Positions 12,658 through 25,734 of a DNA stretch of 64,000 bases are shown here, one piece after another. Numbering within the stretch: the first letter of the stretch is position 1; each line of letters begins with the position of its first letter. The notes under the pieces are model-generated. The model was not told the origin of the DNA, did not search any database, and was given only the letters and a program-made list of their open reading frames with translations. The stretch is from Octopus bimaculoides (lineage: Eukaryota): the NCBI RefSeq assembly GCF_001194135.2, contig NC_068999.1, positions 18,388,571-18,452,570 on the forward strand. Reading direction: 5' to 3'. The position numbers and the translations under genes are program-made.

Positions 12658-14001
12658 GTCACAATAAGCAACAAGGATATCCAAAGTTAATGCAGTACGA
12701 TCGTTTCATGCGACGACATTTAATTAAGCAATGCGAATATTACATCAAATTTAAAATGCGGAACAATCCTCAGCTGCACAAAAATATAGAAAGTTAATGA
12801 AATTACATTTAAACAGAAGGACATATCTTTATAATTACATCTAAACACTCCAAGTAGAAAGGAAGAATACAAAAAACATTTTGAATTAGCCAGAACATAC
12901 AGGCTAGTAAATAATTCTAGGCAGATTATTAACTGTCACTGATTTTATTAGTTTTTTTTTTTTTTATCAGCCCTAGTGATTCAAAGATTAAGAGGATACT
13001 AGCATTTTCTTTGTAGGGTAAGCGGTAAACAGTATAGGCAGTAAACATGAACGATATAGTTATAAAATGCCTTAGGATTTAGTGACATACTACTATAGGG
13101 AGGGTTACTAAGAGCAGATCTGTTTATAATGGAACAGGGGAAGTATTATCATAAGGCACCTAGGTCAAACGTATATAAAATAAGGTTGCTTTATTATATA
13201 CAGATACAGTAAATGGTTATTCATAGTTTTCATGAATCAGAATAATATATCAGTATTGTCTTACATATGCTAAATTTGAAATATATGAGATACCAATATT
13301 TGCTTAATTAATATGTGAATAAATAAAGACTAATTATGAATTAATAATGAAATCAAATGAAATAGTGTATAATAATATACATATTCAATTAAGGGAGTAT
13401 ACAAAAACAATGAAGTGGTATTAATATAAAATGCTATGGTAAAGTATATTTAGACTTATTTACACCAATATAAAGGACACAGATAAGATGTAAAATTACT
13501 TTTTTTATATATATTGGACTAAAAGAGATACCTTTATTATATAGTTAATATAAAGAATTGATACACAGGATTTAAATGGTATATAATGATGGACTCATCA
13601 AGGTTTAAGAAACTGATAAAATGAACGATTGGAATTAACATAGAATATAGTGGTGAACTAAACTATTAATAGAGAACATGATAATTATGTACTAATTTAA
13701 TTAGATTTCACTATCTTAAATTATCAGTTACTGGTATTAACTAACATAGCCTAGGTACAAAATATTAATGGAACAAGGATTAGATTTATTTAAGTCACCC
13801 ATAAAATGACTGATAATACTACAACAATGGAATAACATGAATCTAAATTATATATATNNNNNNNNNNNNNNNNNNNNNNNNNNNNNNNNNNNNNNNNNNN
13901 NNNNNNNNNNNNNNNNNNNNNNNNNNNNNNNNNNNNNNNNNNNNNNNNNNNNNNNNNNNNNNNNNNNNNNNNNNNNNTATATATATATGTATGTATGTAT
14001 G

Positions 14002-14043
<42 letters not shown>

Positions 14044-14114
14044 CACATATACCGTATAAATCTGTACATACATGTATGTGTCTGCGTGCCTCTGTTTGGT
14101 TTGAGTGTCTCTCA

Positions 14115-14169
14115 GTGAGTACATATAGAGTGAGTACATATAGAGTACATATAGAGTACATATAGAGTG
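14115..14169. repeat. 11-bp minisatellite (TACATATAGAG)x4
   Basis: Read directly from the sequence. Confidence 0.9.
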
Positions 14170-14917
14170 TGCTTCCAGTGCAAGAATTCGATACACATAA
14201 ATGATTACCATTTTCTTCAGGATCGAAGTTACCCCTCGCATCCTGTTTCCTTGTTAAAATTCTAATATTGCAATTATGTACTTTAAGCAAATTATACGTG
14301 AATATACATGTATTTATCTGTTCATTTACTGAATTATTTAATGAAATATAGTTCCAGAAACATCTAAAATATACATTATTGATTATATGCAGGGATATGA
14401 ACACAGTAAGGTGGCGCCATTATTCCTATATATGAAATATATTATTTCAATAAGAAAATTGTTCAAAAATGGAGATGCTAGTTATTAACAAAAACCCATA
14501 AAAATTGACGGAACAATTTTAAAATAGCAGAAGAAAGAAAAGCTTTTAAAAAGATCAAAATCATATATTAATATACTTGGTTGAAAGGAAACAAGAAACA
14601 CAAATATGATATCAGGAAATTTCCTCGATTTCTCACTGCGTTATAATATTTTAATACTGGTTTGAAATTTTCGCGTTAGGATGTAATTTTCGGGAGGCGG
14701 CTTAAGACGATTACATAGAGCTTAGCGCACAACTAGTACTTATTGATCGCGAAAGTATGAAAGGCATTTTCGATCTCATCGAAATATGAACTCAGGACAT
14801 ATAGCTGATGAAATGCTGCTAAATATTTTGCCCTGCGTTCTAACATTTCTGTTATCGCGGCACCGTCAGAATATATTAAAAATGATTTCACAAGGCCAGG
14901 CAAAATATTAATACTCC

Positions 14918-15128
14918 TTTCTACGTTAGGTACGAGGTCCGAAATTTTTGGGGTGGGGTTCCAGTTGGTGATATTGATCCCAGTACTCAACTGGTGCTTA
15001 ATTTATCGAATCCGAGAAGATGAAATGCCAAGTCGACCTTGGCGGATTTTGAGCTGAGAACGAAACGACAGACGAAATGCCACTATGCTTTTCACCTGGC
15101 ACGCTAACGATTGTGCCAGCTTTCCACC
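14918..15128 (-). mobile_element. SINE family A, near full length
   Basis: Contains GTCGACCTTGGCGGATTTTGAGCTGAGAAC and ACGCTAACGATTGTGCCAGCT; colinear with the other copies. Confidence 0.85.
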
Positions 15129-15157
15129 ATGGACAACATATTATTACTAATTGGATT

Positions 15158-15305
15158 GAGTTGCCGAGCTGGTAGAATCATTAGCACTTCAGAAAAATGC
15201 TTAGCGGTTTTTTGTCCGTCTTTGTTAGTTGATCATTGGAGTTAATGCAATTGACTTATTCACTTCACCCAAAATTGCCAGCCTTCTGCTACAATATAAA
15301 AGGAA
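15158..15305 (+). mobile_element. SINE family A, internally deleted, head-to-head with 14918-15128
   Basis: GCCGAGCTGGTAGAATCATTAGCAC...AAATGCTTAGCGG head and CCCAAAATTGCCAGCCTT tail. Confidence 0.75.
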
Positions 15306-17001
15306 TATTAACTTCGATTCACGTCAGAAGAAACGAATGCATATCCTTAGTGGCAACAGGATATATAATGTCCAGCTGAATGGAAGATTCATATGACTAT
15401 TCTTCTTTGTGAACATAATTTTCAGTACATATTACTGGAACTTTCGGCACAATTGGTGGTATTTAGTATTCACGTTTCTCATTGATCTTGAAATCTGCGT
15501 GATTTCTCATTCCATTTTGTTATATATTTCCTTCAAATTTTGTTATTATCAGAGCACTTCATAAAATCTCTATCTTCCATATGTCTACACGTGGGAATTT
15601 AAGAAACTCCCCAGTGTTAACATTTCTTAATGGCATGAACTATAGTTTATGGATATCAAACAGGTCGAATACACATATATTTATACATGCACAAAACTTA
15701 CAAATCAAAATTGATCATGGGAATTTGTCTATAAGACGTCGAGTTACATCATCTTATGTTTCATTAACAGAAGTTAACTATTTGGTAATATAATGCATAA
15801 TTATGAATTTCACAATTTACACTTGCACCAAATCATCAAAGGCGTGAAATTATATAACAAAGATTGTTGGATACACTATGTGAGAGTAGTCTCATATTCT
15901 CTCCAACAGATTACCTGCGAGGAAACGGTGGGTGAAAATAAATGCATGTAGTAAAAATCACCCCAAAATCTGAATCATGAAAATACGCATATATAATTGT
16001 CTATGCATCAGGTCACAGACTTTCCGGCTTTGTAAACAAAAGAGACAATTCTTCAAAATCCAAGTGTATTGCATTCATTTTCCGCCTGGGAAACGATTGC
16101 ATATAAATTGTGTAACTATTTTATCAATTTTAGATTTCTGTGCCTGCATCCAAATTGATTCTTCGCTTATAGGCAAAGTTGAATGTTTGCCTAATCTGAG
16201 AAAGAAAAATTGATTCTCGCATCACAGACTCATTTATGCAATAGATACATACAACGACTTGTGAAGCAAAATTCAAGCACCCTGTATGCTCTTTACAAGC
16301 AATAAGTTGCTAACAAATAATTATGAAGCTGGAAGTAGATATATAGGTATAGAAAATAAGTCTAGATATCTGGTGGAAGATCACATTTAATCTACACAGA
16401 AATTAACTAGCAAGCAGTGAAAATAATCAACATAGAGACAACTTAAAAGTGGTATTATTCAACACTCTTTCTCTCTTAAAGTTTAGAGCATTCTCATCAG
16501 CATTGAAGTAATAGGACGAAAATACCGAGAGAACTCTCTTACGGAAAACAGCATGGCAATGCATACATATCTAAGTGAGCAGCCAGTTACTTGTACTGTG
16601 CGTTTTATGACGACGTCGTCATGCTCGGATAATTACAATTTTATGCTATTATATTTGGAAGTTCATATTATAGAGAACAAATGGTAGCCTATTTCGTTTC
16701 ATCCTGAGTGCTGCTAGGTGGCCCTCAGTTTAATTTTATTGTTTTGTCTATATTATTGTGAAACTTAAGAACTATTATAAAAACTTAATTCACTAAAATT
16801 TATTCTAATATTTTTCTTTTTCATTCCATCATAAAGAGTTTGTCTTGAAGCGAGTGAAACCTTAGATTTTTGGTTAAATACATTTCTTTCTATCTTTCGT
16901 GATAAAGTTCTCTAAGCAACTTTTTTCTTATTTTACAATATATATTCATGAAAATACGCACACACACATATACACACAGACCCAGACACACGCACACATA
17001 A

Positions 17002-17084
<83 letters not shown>

Positions 17085-17487
17085 TACACACACGTGTGTA
17101 TGCGTTTATCTGTTTCAGTGTGTGTATATATGTTTATATGCACGTCTATATAATGATACAGGTAGAAACGGGAAAGCTGTGAGTTTGAGGATAAGTTATG
17201 AATCAATTTTGGCAACTTGCTGAAGAGATGTGCATACGTGAATAGAAATATAAGGACAAAGTTTGTGTTGATAATCATAAGAATAATTCAATAAATGAAA
17301 TAACTAATGCTTACTTCTTTTAATCATTATTACATCACCTTGAACAGGTGATGCTTATTAGATTTTCCACTTTTTCGAGTAGCTAAATTATGTGGTCATA
17401 AACAAATCAAGGCACAGACACACACCCATACATACACACACGCACATACACACTCATTTATATGCTTGTATGTATAACGGAATTTTA

Positions 17488-17628
17488 GCTTCCGTCGTTC
17501 ATATCTCCTTCCAAGATTTTGGTCAAACCGATGCTACAGTAGGAGGCATTTGCCGTAAAGACTACGCCATGGGATTCTACCCGAATCCATGTGACTTGAA
17601 AGAAAACGTATTACAGCACATATATACC
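17488..17628 (-). mobile_element. SINE family B, degenerate 5' part
   Basis: TTCCAAGATTTTGGTCAAACCGATGCTACAGTAGGAGGCATTTGCC...CCCGAATCCATGTG is a diverged reverse complement of the head of 34919-35283. Confidence 0.6.
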
Positions 17629-17806
17629 TGTTGAGATACTCTGTATTTGACTATACTGATGTTTAGTATTTATTTCCATCCCCACCAGTTGGTTTTGACA
17701 GCGATTTGTTATCTTCGGAAATTACCCTTGCTTTGTTTTCGCGACAAATATTCTTTCTATATTATGTTTTATAGATTCAGTTCAACTGTATCCCTTTTGC
17801 CCCTGC

Positions 17807-18025
17807 AAGGCTACGAGCTGGCAGAAACGTTAGCACATCAGGCGAAATGCTTAGCGGTATTTTCTCTGTCTTAATGTTCTGAGTTCCAATTCCGCCTAGG
17901 TCGACTTCGCCTTTCATCCTTTATGGGTCGATGAATTAAGTACCAGTTGCGTACTGGGGTAAATCTAATCGACTGCCCCCTCCTCCAAAATTTCCTGCCT
18001 TGTGCCTAGAGTACAAAAAAAGAGA
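17807..18025 (+). mobile_element. SINE family A, full-length reference copy
   Basis: tRNA-like head GAGCTGGCAGAAACGTTAG (A-box) ... GAGTTCCAATTCC (B-box), body GGTCGAC...TTAAGTACCAG, A-rich tail. Confidence 0.9.
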
Positions 18026-20063
18026 TTTATTTTACCGCTCTTTGCTTGTTTGTGGTTAATTTTACTGTGTGAGTTTCTCATAGACTTCAGAGAGGCGTGT
18101 TTTATACATTGAGACATTATACAATTTAGATAAATCTCCACTATTTAAGATCAATGCCAATGGTTTGTCAATGATCTTATCTCTATTTCATTTCCAAGAT
18201 GAAACTCCACGAACTGCAAAAACTCGAACGCGCTGCAGTTAAGCTTCAACAACAGTAAATTAGTATATTTGAAGAATAACAAATCTCTTTCGAATCTCTT
18301 TTTTCTTTATAGATAAATCGCTTCTAAAGTATCGCGGAGACTCACAGTCGTTTAAACGATGACTGTTTTTCTAGGGGGGAAAAACCTAGTGGCACATTTG
18401 CAATAAAAAAACCGAGTGAATATGTGGAAAATAATTCTAGAAATTTGACTTCTAGATATTGAACCTGTAACTCTATAAATATTATTTATGATTCATGTTT
18501 GCAATATATTATCGAATTACAATATTAATTCACCTCATATTGATGTAAAGGCTTATATGCAGTTTATATTTACACAAAGCAATGTATAAGCAGTATCTGT
18601 TGCTTCCTTTGAAATATCTATAAACATTAAAAACATGATATATTTGTATTGGATTACTTAATACTTTATATGACTTGAATAGTTATATATAAACGCAGTA
18701 ACTTTCAAATTGTATATATTCCTTTGTATAATATTCGAGTTAAAAATATTCTTTACATATGATGAAAATATATTCGATATTTGGTATACCATGAATAACT
18801 CCAAATACGATTAATATCATTTTTATTCAATAAAGTCGCTACTACATAAATCTCAATAAATATATATTAACACGGTACACTGTAACTAACAAGAACCTCT
18901 CTAACACATAGACATGTAAAAAACATATACGAGAATAAATCTATACACCAGCGACACAAACGATCTTCAGTAGAATTTTGTCATAGATAATGAAGTAAAA
19001 TATACTTTGGTGAGTCACATGTGTGTGCTATCAATGACGATTTTTTCTCTTGCTTTGACAAAGCTATTTTCAGCAATTCTTTTAGAAAACTCTTATGGTA
19101 TAGCATGTGGTAATCGCCCAGTTGTGAACCTTTTGTAACAGGTTTACCTAAGTACATAGAATATTTAATTAATTTTGATCAGACTCTCTTATGAAGAAGC
19201 GACTTGATACATAGTTCAACATTATTTCCTTCACTAGGTTACAGCAAGCGCAATACGAAATAAGAAATGAGGCGCATGAAGAGTATGCATAAATTAGTAT
19301 AATACCTTTTCAATTATTGCTTCACGTACTAAACTGAAAATCAAGTGTTGTATACACATATTTATGAGACTACTCTGCTTATTTTTATTGAGCTTCTAAT
19401 GAGATTTCGTAAGTACATTAAGATCCATTTAGGTATCAATGTGCATACATTCATAAACATATGACAGTGCGTTAGTGGGTGCATTTCAAGATATTTTCTG
19501 GGGCGATTGCTACAGACAAAAACGAAAATATTTGATATGACTTACTACACATATAATTTACGAAATTTTCATTCAATTTAATTATAGACTTTGTTGCCAG
19601 TTTCACGGGCTTTACATATTTCGTTTACTTTTGGCTAAAATGAAGGAAGCTGAAGAGTATCTATTATACCTACTGAAATGTAGTAAAAAAGGGCATGCTA
19701 CGACCTCGTTTAATATAGTCCTCAACGCAGTTTCACTCGCATATATGATGATCAAATTATATATTTAGAAAATTAAATTTAGACGTTTAGAATAATCAAA
19801 TTATATATGGAGGTGGCAAATATAATGTGAATGAAAGATTATAACGGCCAATTTTTCGATGGCTTTTCACTCGCCATTGACATTTGACACAGCGCGATGA
19901 CGTCATTGTATTTTGTTTCCACTGTTTAAATTTGAAATTTTTATCTATTTAAAAAAAAAAAAATTATGTGGCATTTCTGTGGCAGAAATCAAACGACAGA
20001 ACAGTAAACGGATATTATTTCTTTAGTAAATCACAAAGTACCATCTTGGTAATATAAACCACC

Positions 20064-21323
20064 TATTAACAGATCATCCCATAACTTCTGTCCGATTTTG
20101 CCTTTCCTAAAATCGAATGAAATTTAATAGTATTTTAGAATGTCTAATGGAATTTCAGATTGTTTCATGCATTTGTGTACATTTAGACTAATTAAATATT
20201 ATTTTACAGAATAATAAATTAACATTTCTTTGATTAAAACCCTTTCAAACATGGAAGTATCCGAAGCGTATTTGAGGCGCATAATGCTTTATGAGTACAA
20301 AAAAGGAAACTCTGAAGCCGAAGCGACTCGAAACATACACTCATGCTTGAATGTAAGAACTTGCAGCATATGGTTTGCAAAATTCAGAAGTGGAGATTTC
20401 AGTCTTGAAGATGAACATGGAACAGGTCGTCCAGTTGAGTTTGATGACAAGCTCCTTGAGGTATTACTTGAGGTATCCTGCATTACCAGTTGACGAATTG
20501 GCAATAAAGATTAGTCCAAACCATACAACTGTTTATCGTCATGTTCAGCAAATTGCAAAATGGCTGCCTCATGAATTGTCCGAAAGCAACCGCTATTCCC
20601 GAGTTGACATCTACTCTTGTCTCTATTCTTGTGAACTCATTGCACTCTTTTTGGATAGACTTCTGACTGGTGACGAAAAGTGGACCTTCTATCGAAATGT
20701 TAGACACCGTAAGCAGTGCTTTGGTAAAAGGGGAAAAAGCTCAACCACAACCGAGGAGGGTGTTTCATGGGAAGAAAGGTTCTCCTTTCTATCTGGTGGG
20801 ATTGCAAAGGAGTAATTCACTTTGAATTGTTACCATTTAATGCAGCAATGAATGCTCAAATCTACTGTCAGCAATTAGAGCGTTTAGACCAAGCTTTGAA
20901 GAAAAAAAGTCCCAGTTTAGTAAATCGAAAAGTAGTGATGTTTCATCAGGACAATGTGCGACCCCACGCTGCAAAGATCATATCACAGAAGATCGAAGAG
21001 TTTTGTTGGGAAAAAAATTCTTCATGCATCGTTTTCTCCCGAACTTGCTCCGCCATACTACCATATGTTTCGTAGTTTACATAACAATATAGGGGACATA
21101 ATTTTCGGAAGCTAGGAGGAGGTCGAAACTGACATTTTAGAGTCCTTCGCTTTGAAACCAAAGGAGTTTTATATTGATGGGATTGAAATGCTGGTAAATA
21201 GATGGAAAAAGTCATAGATAATCAGGGAAAGTATATTGATGGTTAAATTTCAATTAAAAATAACATTTGATCACTTGTTTCCTTTATTCAAAATTCGGAC
21301 AGAACTTATGGGATGGCCTAATA
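20064..21323 (+). mobile_element. Full-length (~1.26 kb) degenerate mariner with both TIRs and a transposase pseudogene
   Basis: TIRs: 20064-20100 TATTAACAGATCATCCCATAACTTCTGTCCGATTTT vs the reverse complement of 21291-21323 TATTAGGCCATCCCATAAGTTCTGTCCGAATTT, with TA at both ends. Frameshifted ORFs 20230-20493, 20375-20815 and 20767-21075 give HTH, WLPHEL, TGDEKW, KVLLSIWWDCKG, HQDN and FSPELAPPYYHMF (canonical YSPDLAPSDY). Confidence 0.97.
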
Positions 21324-21740
21324 TTATCGTTTGCCGTGCTGTGCATTGCTGTACATTCTGAAGTTGGTGGGGCGGAAGTCAGGTTAACATTTGAGACATT
21401 TTTCTGTAATACATTCTTTACTTTTTTATGTCTTCAATGTTGAGTGATTCTTGCTGTACTCGCGCTGCTAATGCGAAACTGCGACTGTTTATTGAAATTC
21501 TTCTTTCCTGAGGTCCTTAAGTCTGTTGTTCGGGATATCCTTGAAACTATTCGTAGTATTTCTTTTGTGAAATAGATTATTCCCCTCCTCCTGCTTGCAA
21601 TAGGGATAGAAGTAAAACAGTTCGTTGGACACATCATCTTGGGGGGGGGGCGTAACCCTCACCAAAGCTAGAAGCAATGACTGAACAATTAGTTGCGTAG
21701 CAAAAATACAAATAGTTAATATGAGTGAACATGTAAATGC

Positions 21741-21862
21741 GTGAACAAGTATAAGCTCATCCCTTACTTCGTGTGAGTTGTAGTGATGGAGCGAGTTGAT
21801 TAAATTAAGTTTTTGCTGTGAAGGTATTGATCTATTATAGGTTGTGTCAGGTTATTAAGGAA
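21741..21862 (+). repeat. 122-bp direct repeat, copy 1
   Basis: Gap-free match of about 110/122 to 24400-24521. Confidence 0.9.
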
Positions 21863-22561
21863 TGTGCAGGGTTTACAGCAAGAAATTGCAGAAAAAAGCC
21901 TTCTGGAAATATGAGATACTACACACACGCACACACGTACACACACGCGCGACTACACACTCACATATATGTGTGTAGTCATACAACCATGTGTTCCCTT
22001 GTCTAAACATGCATATTATCAGAAGAGATAGGAGGAGTAAACAAACACCTATTATTATGTATGCAATGGCGGTACATATTTTAGGAAACTCATTTATCAG
22101 AAATATCTTACTAGGTATGGAATGAAACATTGTAGTGTCTACGTCTAGAAGATGGCTCTCTCTCTCTATATAGGTTTTCTGCGCAGTGATCTCTAGTTGA
22201 TATGGTCATGCCTTCTTTCACCTGCGTATATATCGAGTGATATATTACCAAAGGAAAATCTGAAAGGGATGTTTTACAATGATATTTTTTTTCCAGCATA
22301 CCCCATTAATGACCAAAAATAGCTACATGATCAAAGATTTGGCGTAAAACATCGTGGTGATATATTATATGTGAGGAATAAGATAAATTATACACGAGAT
22401 ATCATTTGTTTTGAAGCTCTCATGCAGGAGTAATTCGCTGTGTCATTGACTACATGTCTATACTGAATGAGAAATTCGATACGTGCATATTCTGGAGATC
22501 GTAATGTTCATAGTATACGATATAGAAGAAAGCCTGTCTATGCTGCCGGTGTCGTTAACAT

Positions 22562-22745
22562 CTTTTATTTGTTATAGTCATTAGACTGCTACTATAGTGG
22601 CGTTAAAGTTTGAAGTATTTGAGTCGAGCGAATTGATTCCGGTTTCTGTTTTTGTCAAAGCCTGGTGCATATACCATCCGTTAAATTTTTGCCGAACACC
22701 GGTTGTCAGGTAGCCGCAAGGAAGTGAAAGGCAAACAAAACCACA
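22562..22745 (-). mobile_element. SINE family B, degenerate 3' half
   Basis: TTTTATTTGTTATAGTCATTAGACTG...GTCGAGCGAATTGATTCC...TTTTGCCGAAC...CGGTTGTCA is the reverse complement of the tail of the copies at 34919 and 57789; runs into (AC)n and a gap. Confidence 0.65.
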
Positions 22746-22756
22746 CAAATACAAGC

Positions 22757-22795
<39 letters not shown>

Positions 22796-23822
22796 ACACA
22801 CACACACACACACATNNNNNNNNNNNNNNNNNNNNNNNNNNNNNNNNNNNNNNNNNNNNNNNNNNNNNNNNNNNNNNNNNNNNNNNNNNNNNNNNNNNNN
22901 NNNNNNNNNNNNNNNNNNNNNNNNNNNNNNNNNNNNNNNNNNNNNNNNNNNNNNNNNNNNNNNNNNNNNNNNNNNNNNNNNNNNNNNNNNNNNNNNNNNN
23001 NNNNNNNNNNNNNNNNNNNNNNNNNNNNNNNNNNNNNNNNNNNNNNNNNNNNNNNNNNNNNNNNNNNNNNNNNNNNNNNNNNNNNNNNNNNNNNNNNNNN
23101 NNNNNNNNNNNNNNNNNNNNNNNNNNNNNNNNNNNNNNNNNNNNNNNNNNNNNNNNNNNNNNNNNNNNNNNATATATATATGTGTGTGTATTATATATAT
23201 AAAAAGGGGTTGGTATGATAGTGTATAGAGTAATATATTATTCAAAAGTATTCCAACTCTATGTTTTATTTATATTATTATAATATTAATGTAGGATATA
23301 AACTATATAGTATATATAGTAAAATGAAATGAAGTATTCATCGTCTTATTGAATAAATGAAATATTGGATATTAAATATTAACTATTAAAGAACTAGTAT
23401 ACTTTCTTGCATTTTAGGAGTCTTCAAGGTCTCATGTTGTGACAGGAATGTTTAAACTGTCAATATATATATAATATTTGTTATCGTTGAACTATAGCCA
23501 CTTGCGAGTGCTGCCTTCGGAGTTTTTGTCATATAGAACAACCCCATTTATCTTTAGTAACTGTTTTACAATGTTCGCTGATTTACATTTTTGGTGAAAC
23601 ATTGCATACTGCTGTGCATAGTAAATTATTGCATACGCATTAGCCATTCGCTAAATCATCCATAATTTTATATAGTGAATGCGTATGTACTGACGGAGAA
23701 GCAAATCCAGAAAAAGGCGAGTCGAGCAGTCCCTATTGATGAGGCTAAAGAATTAGCCGAAACTGACCGTTCAGTAAAGGGAATTCTCGACCGGTGTTTT
23801 GGAGTGATTACGGCCAGTATAC

Positions 23823-23875
<53 letters not shown>

Positions 23876-24399
23876 TGTGCTTTAACTACAGCATTAGAAC
23901 ATTTTACCTCTTATTTCTAGCAAAGTAGGTGTTCTATCACCCTAGAATGACAGAGATAATACAGCTACATTTTCTTTTAAATCATATTTTATTCAGTCTA
24001 TGTTCCCAATAAATTAAATGTTTATTTCCTCGTTACAAGAACAACTATATTATTATTTATAGCAGTCATTATATAATTTAAATCGAAGTGAATACGTTTA
24101 TTTCGCAATGTTTTCCCGGCATCGGCACCTTAACGATCGGCACCTAGTATCCTATTCCAGAATATTCAAGATAGAATAATGGGTAGCTATGCGTGTCTAG
24201 CTACTCAGAATGTGAAAAGCGTTATGGCATATCGTGAGAACATCCAACGCAGTAGTAAATCCAAAACTATGGACTCGTACTTTCTTTTTAACGACACTTG
24301 AAGCTTTAAATACAAATTTAACTTCGATAGCGACTAGATCACGGAACAGATGTGGTCGTAGAAATACCATAAGGACTTAGCTGCTATTTTAACATATCA

Positions 24400-24521
24400 G
24401 TGAACATGTATAAGCTCATCCCGTATTTCCTGTGAATTGTAGTGATGGAGCGGGTTGATTAAGTTCAGGTTTTGCTGTGAAGGTATTAATCTATTATAAG
24501 TTCTGTCAGGTTATTAAGGAA
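24400..24521 (+). repeat. 122-bp direct repeat, copy 2
   Basis: Gap-free match of about 110/122 to 21741-21862. Confidence 0.9.
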
Positions 24522-25393
24522 CGTTAATAAGATTCGATTGTTTTAAAACTGATTGATAATTACAACATTTAATTTCCGACCGGCGTCAATGTTAGCTTTA
24601 CGATTTATTGATGAAATACTGATGGGGAGTGTGTTTCATGCCGTTGTGCTAAAGGCTTATTGACAATGTGTTGTGTCAAACGTTTCAAACAATCACTTCA
24701 TACTCGGATAAACCTCACTGAATATTAAGTGCGCAAATACCTTGAGGAAAACTATGAACATCAAACATCCCATTTCTCATTCGATGAAATTAAATTTGCG
24801 GATCAGTCGTTGACCGATATTAATGATTTCAAAGAAGAGAAAATAAATTGTCTGATTACTACTATACATTGAACGCATCAATAATATTTACATAGAACAC
24901 AACTAATCAATAGAATCAGCTAATAACGTTATAATGTGTGCCAAACAGTGCCTTACAAATTTTGTTTGTAATATTCGCACTATTCAAGGTGAAGTGTGTG
25001 GAAGATTAAACAGCAGATTATATCTATACCCCTATGTATATATATATTTATATTTTATCTGCGTTGGATGTTCAACGCACACAATGAAGCATACACACAC
25101 AACAGTACACACTGAAACAAACACACATATACATTTACAAACATACGCACAGGTAATCACGTGTTTAAAATGGTGTATAGTAGACATATGCATGAATGTA
25201 TGTATGTACATATGATATATATCTCGAACCAAGCACCTAGAGCAAGAATCCAACACATTAAATGCTAATTTTCTTATACGTTATGTAAATTATAGCATAC
25301 TTTTCTATATATAAGCTTAACTACACAAACACGCACACACACAAACACACATACCCACAAACACTCATACACACATACAAATACTTATACTTC

Positions 25394-25616
25394 TACCAGT
25401 GGTGCTGCAAAGTTTCTGGTTTTCAGAGTGTCACAAAAACCCTTGTTGGATGTTCAAAGTTCTGAGTGAGTTCTTTTGCTAGAGCTTGGAAAAACGGAAG
25501 GATCGCTGCAAAAATGGGTAAATCTGAGAGAGGAATAGGTCGAATACAGTCATAATTAAATGATCCTCTTATATTTTGTTTTTACTAAAGACAGGAACAT
25601 TTCAGCACACTTTCGA
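25394..25616 (+). mobile_element. Mariner-derived MITE / deletion derivative (~220 bp)
   Basis: Imperfect TIRs: GTGGTGCTGCAAAGTTTCTGGTTTTCAG vs the reverse complement of CTAAAGACAGGAACATTTCAGCACAC. The interior resembles a mariner 3' end. Confidence 0.7.
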
Positions 25617-25734
25617 ACACACACGCGCGAGCGCACTAACATACATACATACTTACATACATACACACACAGACATTTATAGACATACATATATTCTGTT
25701 ATAACGTAATGAATATAAAGGGATGTTAGATAAA

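Noticed and set aside
12961-13856. Mitochondrial insertion (NUMT) as the source of the CpG-poor block
   Set aside because: I could not recognise mitochondrial protein, rRNA or tRNA motifs in the frames I read; left as unclassified.
16607-16622. 16-bp perfect palindrome ATGACGACGTCGTCAT
   Set aside because: Isolated, and explainable by GAC/GTC triplet slippage.
19848-19905. CCAAT plus TGACGTCA (CRE) promoter-like cluster; also CRE at 6329-6336 and a CTCF-like motif near 16710-16730
   Set aside because: Short motifs expected by chance, with no linked transcript start.
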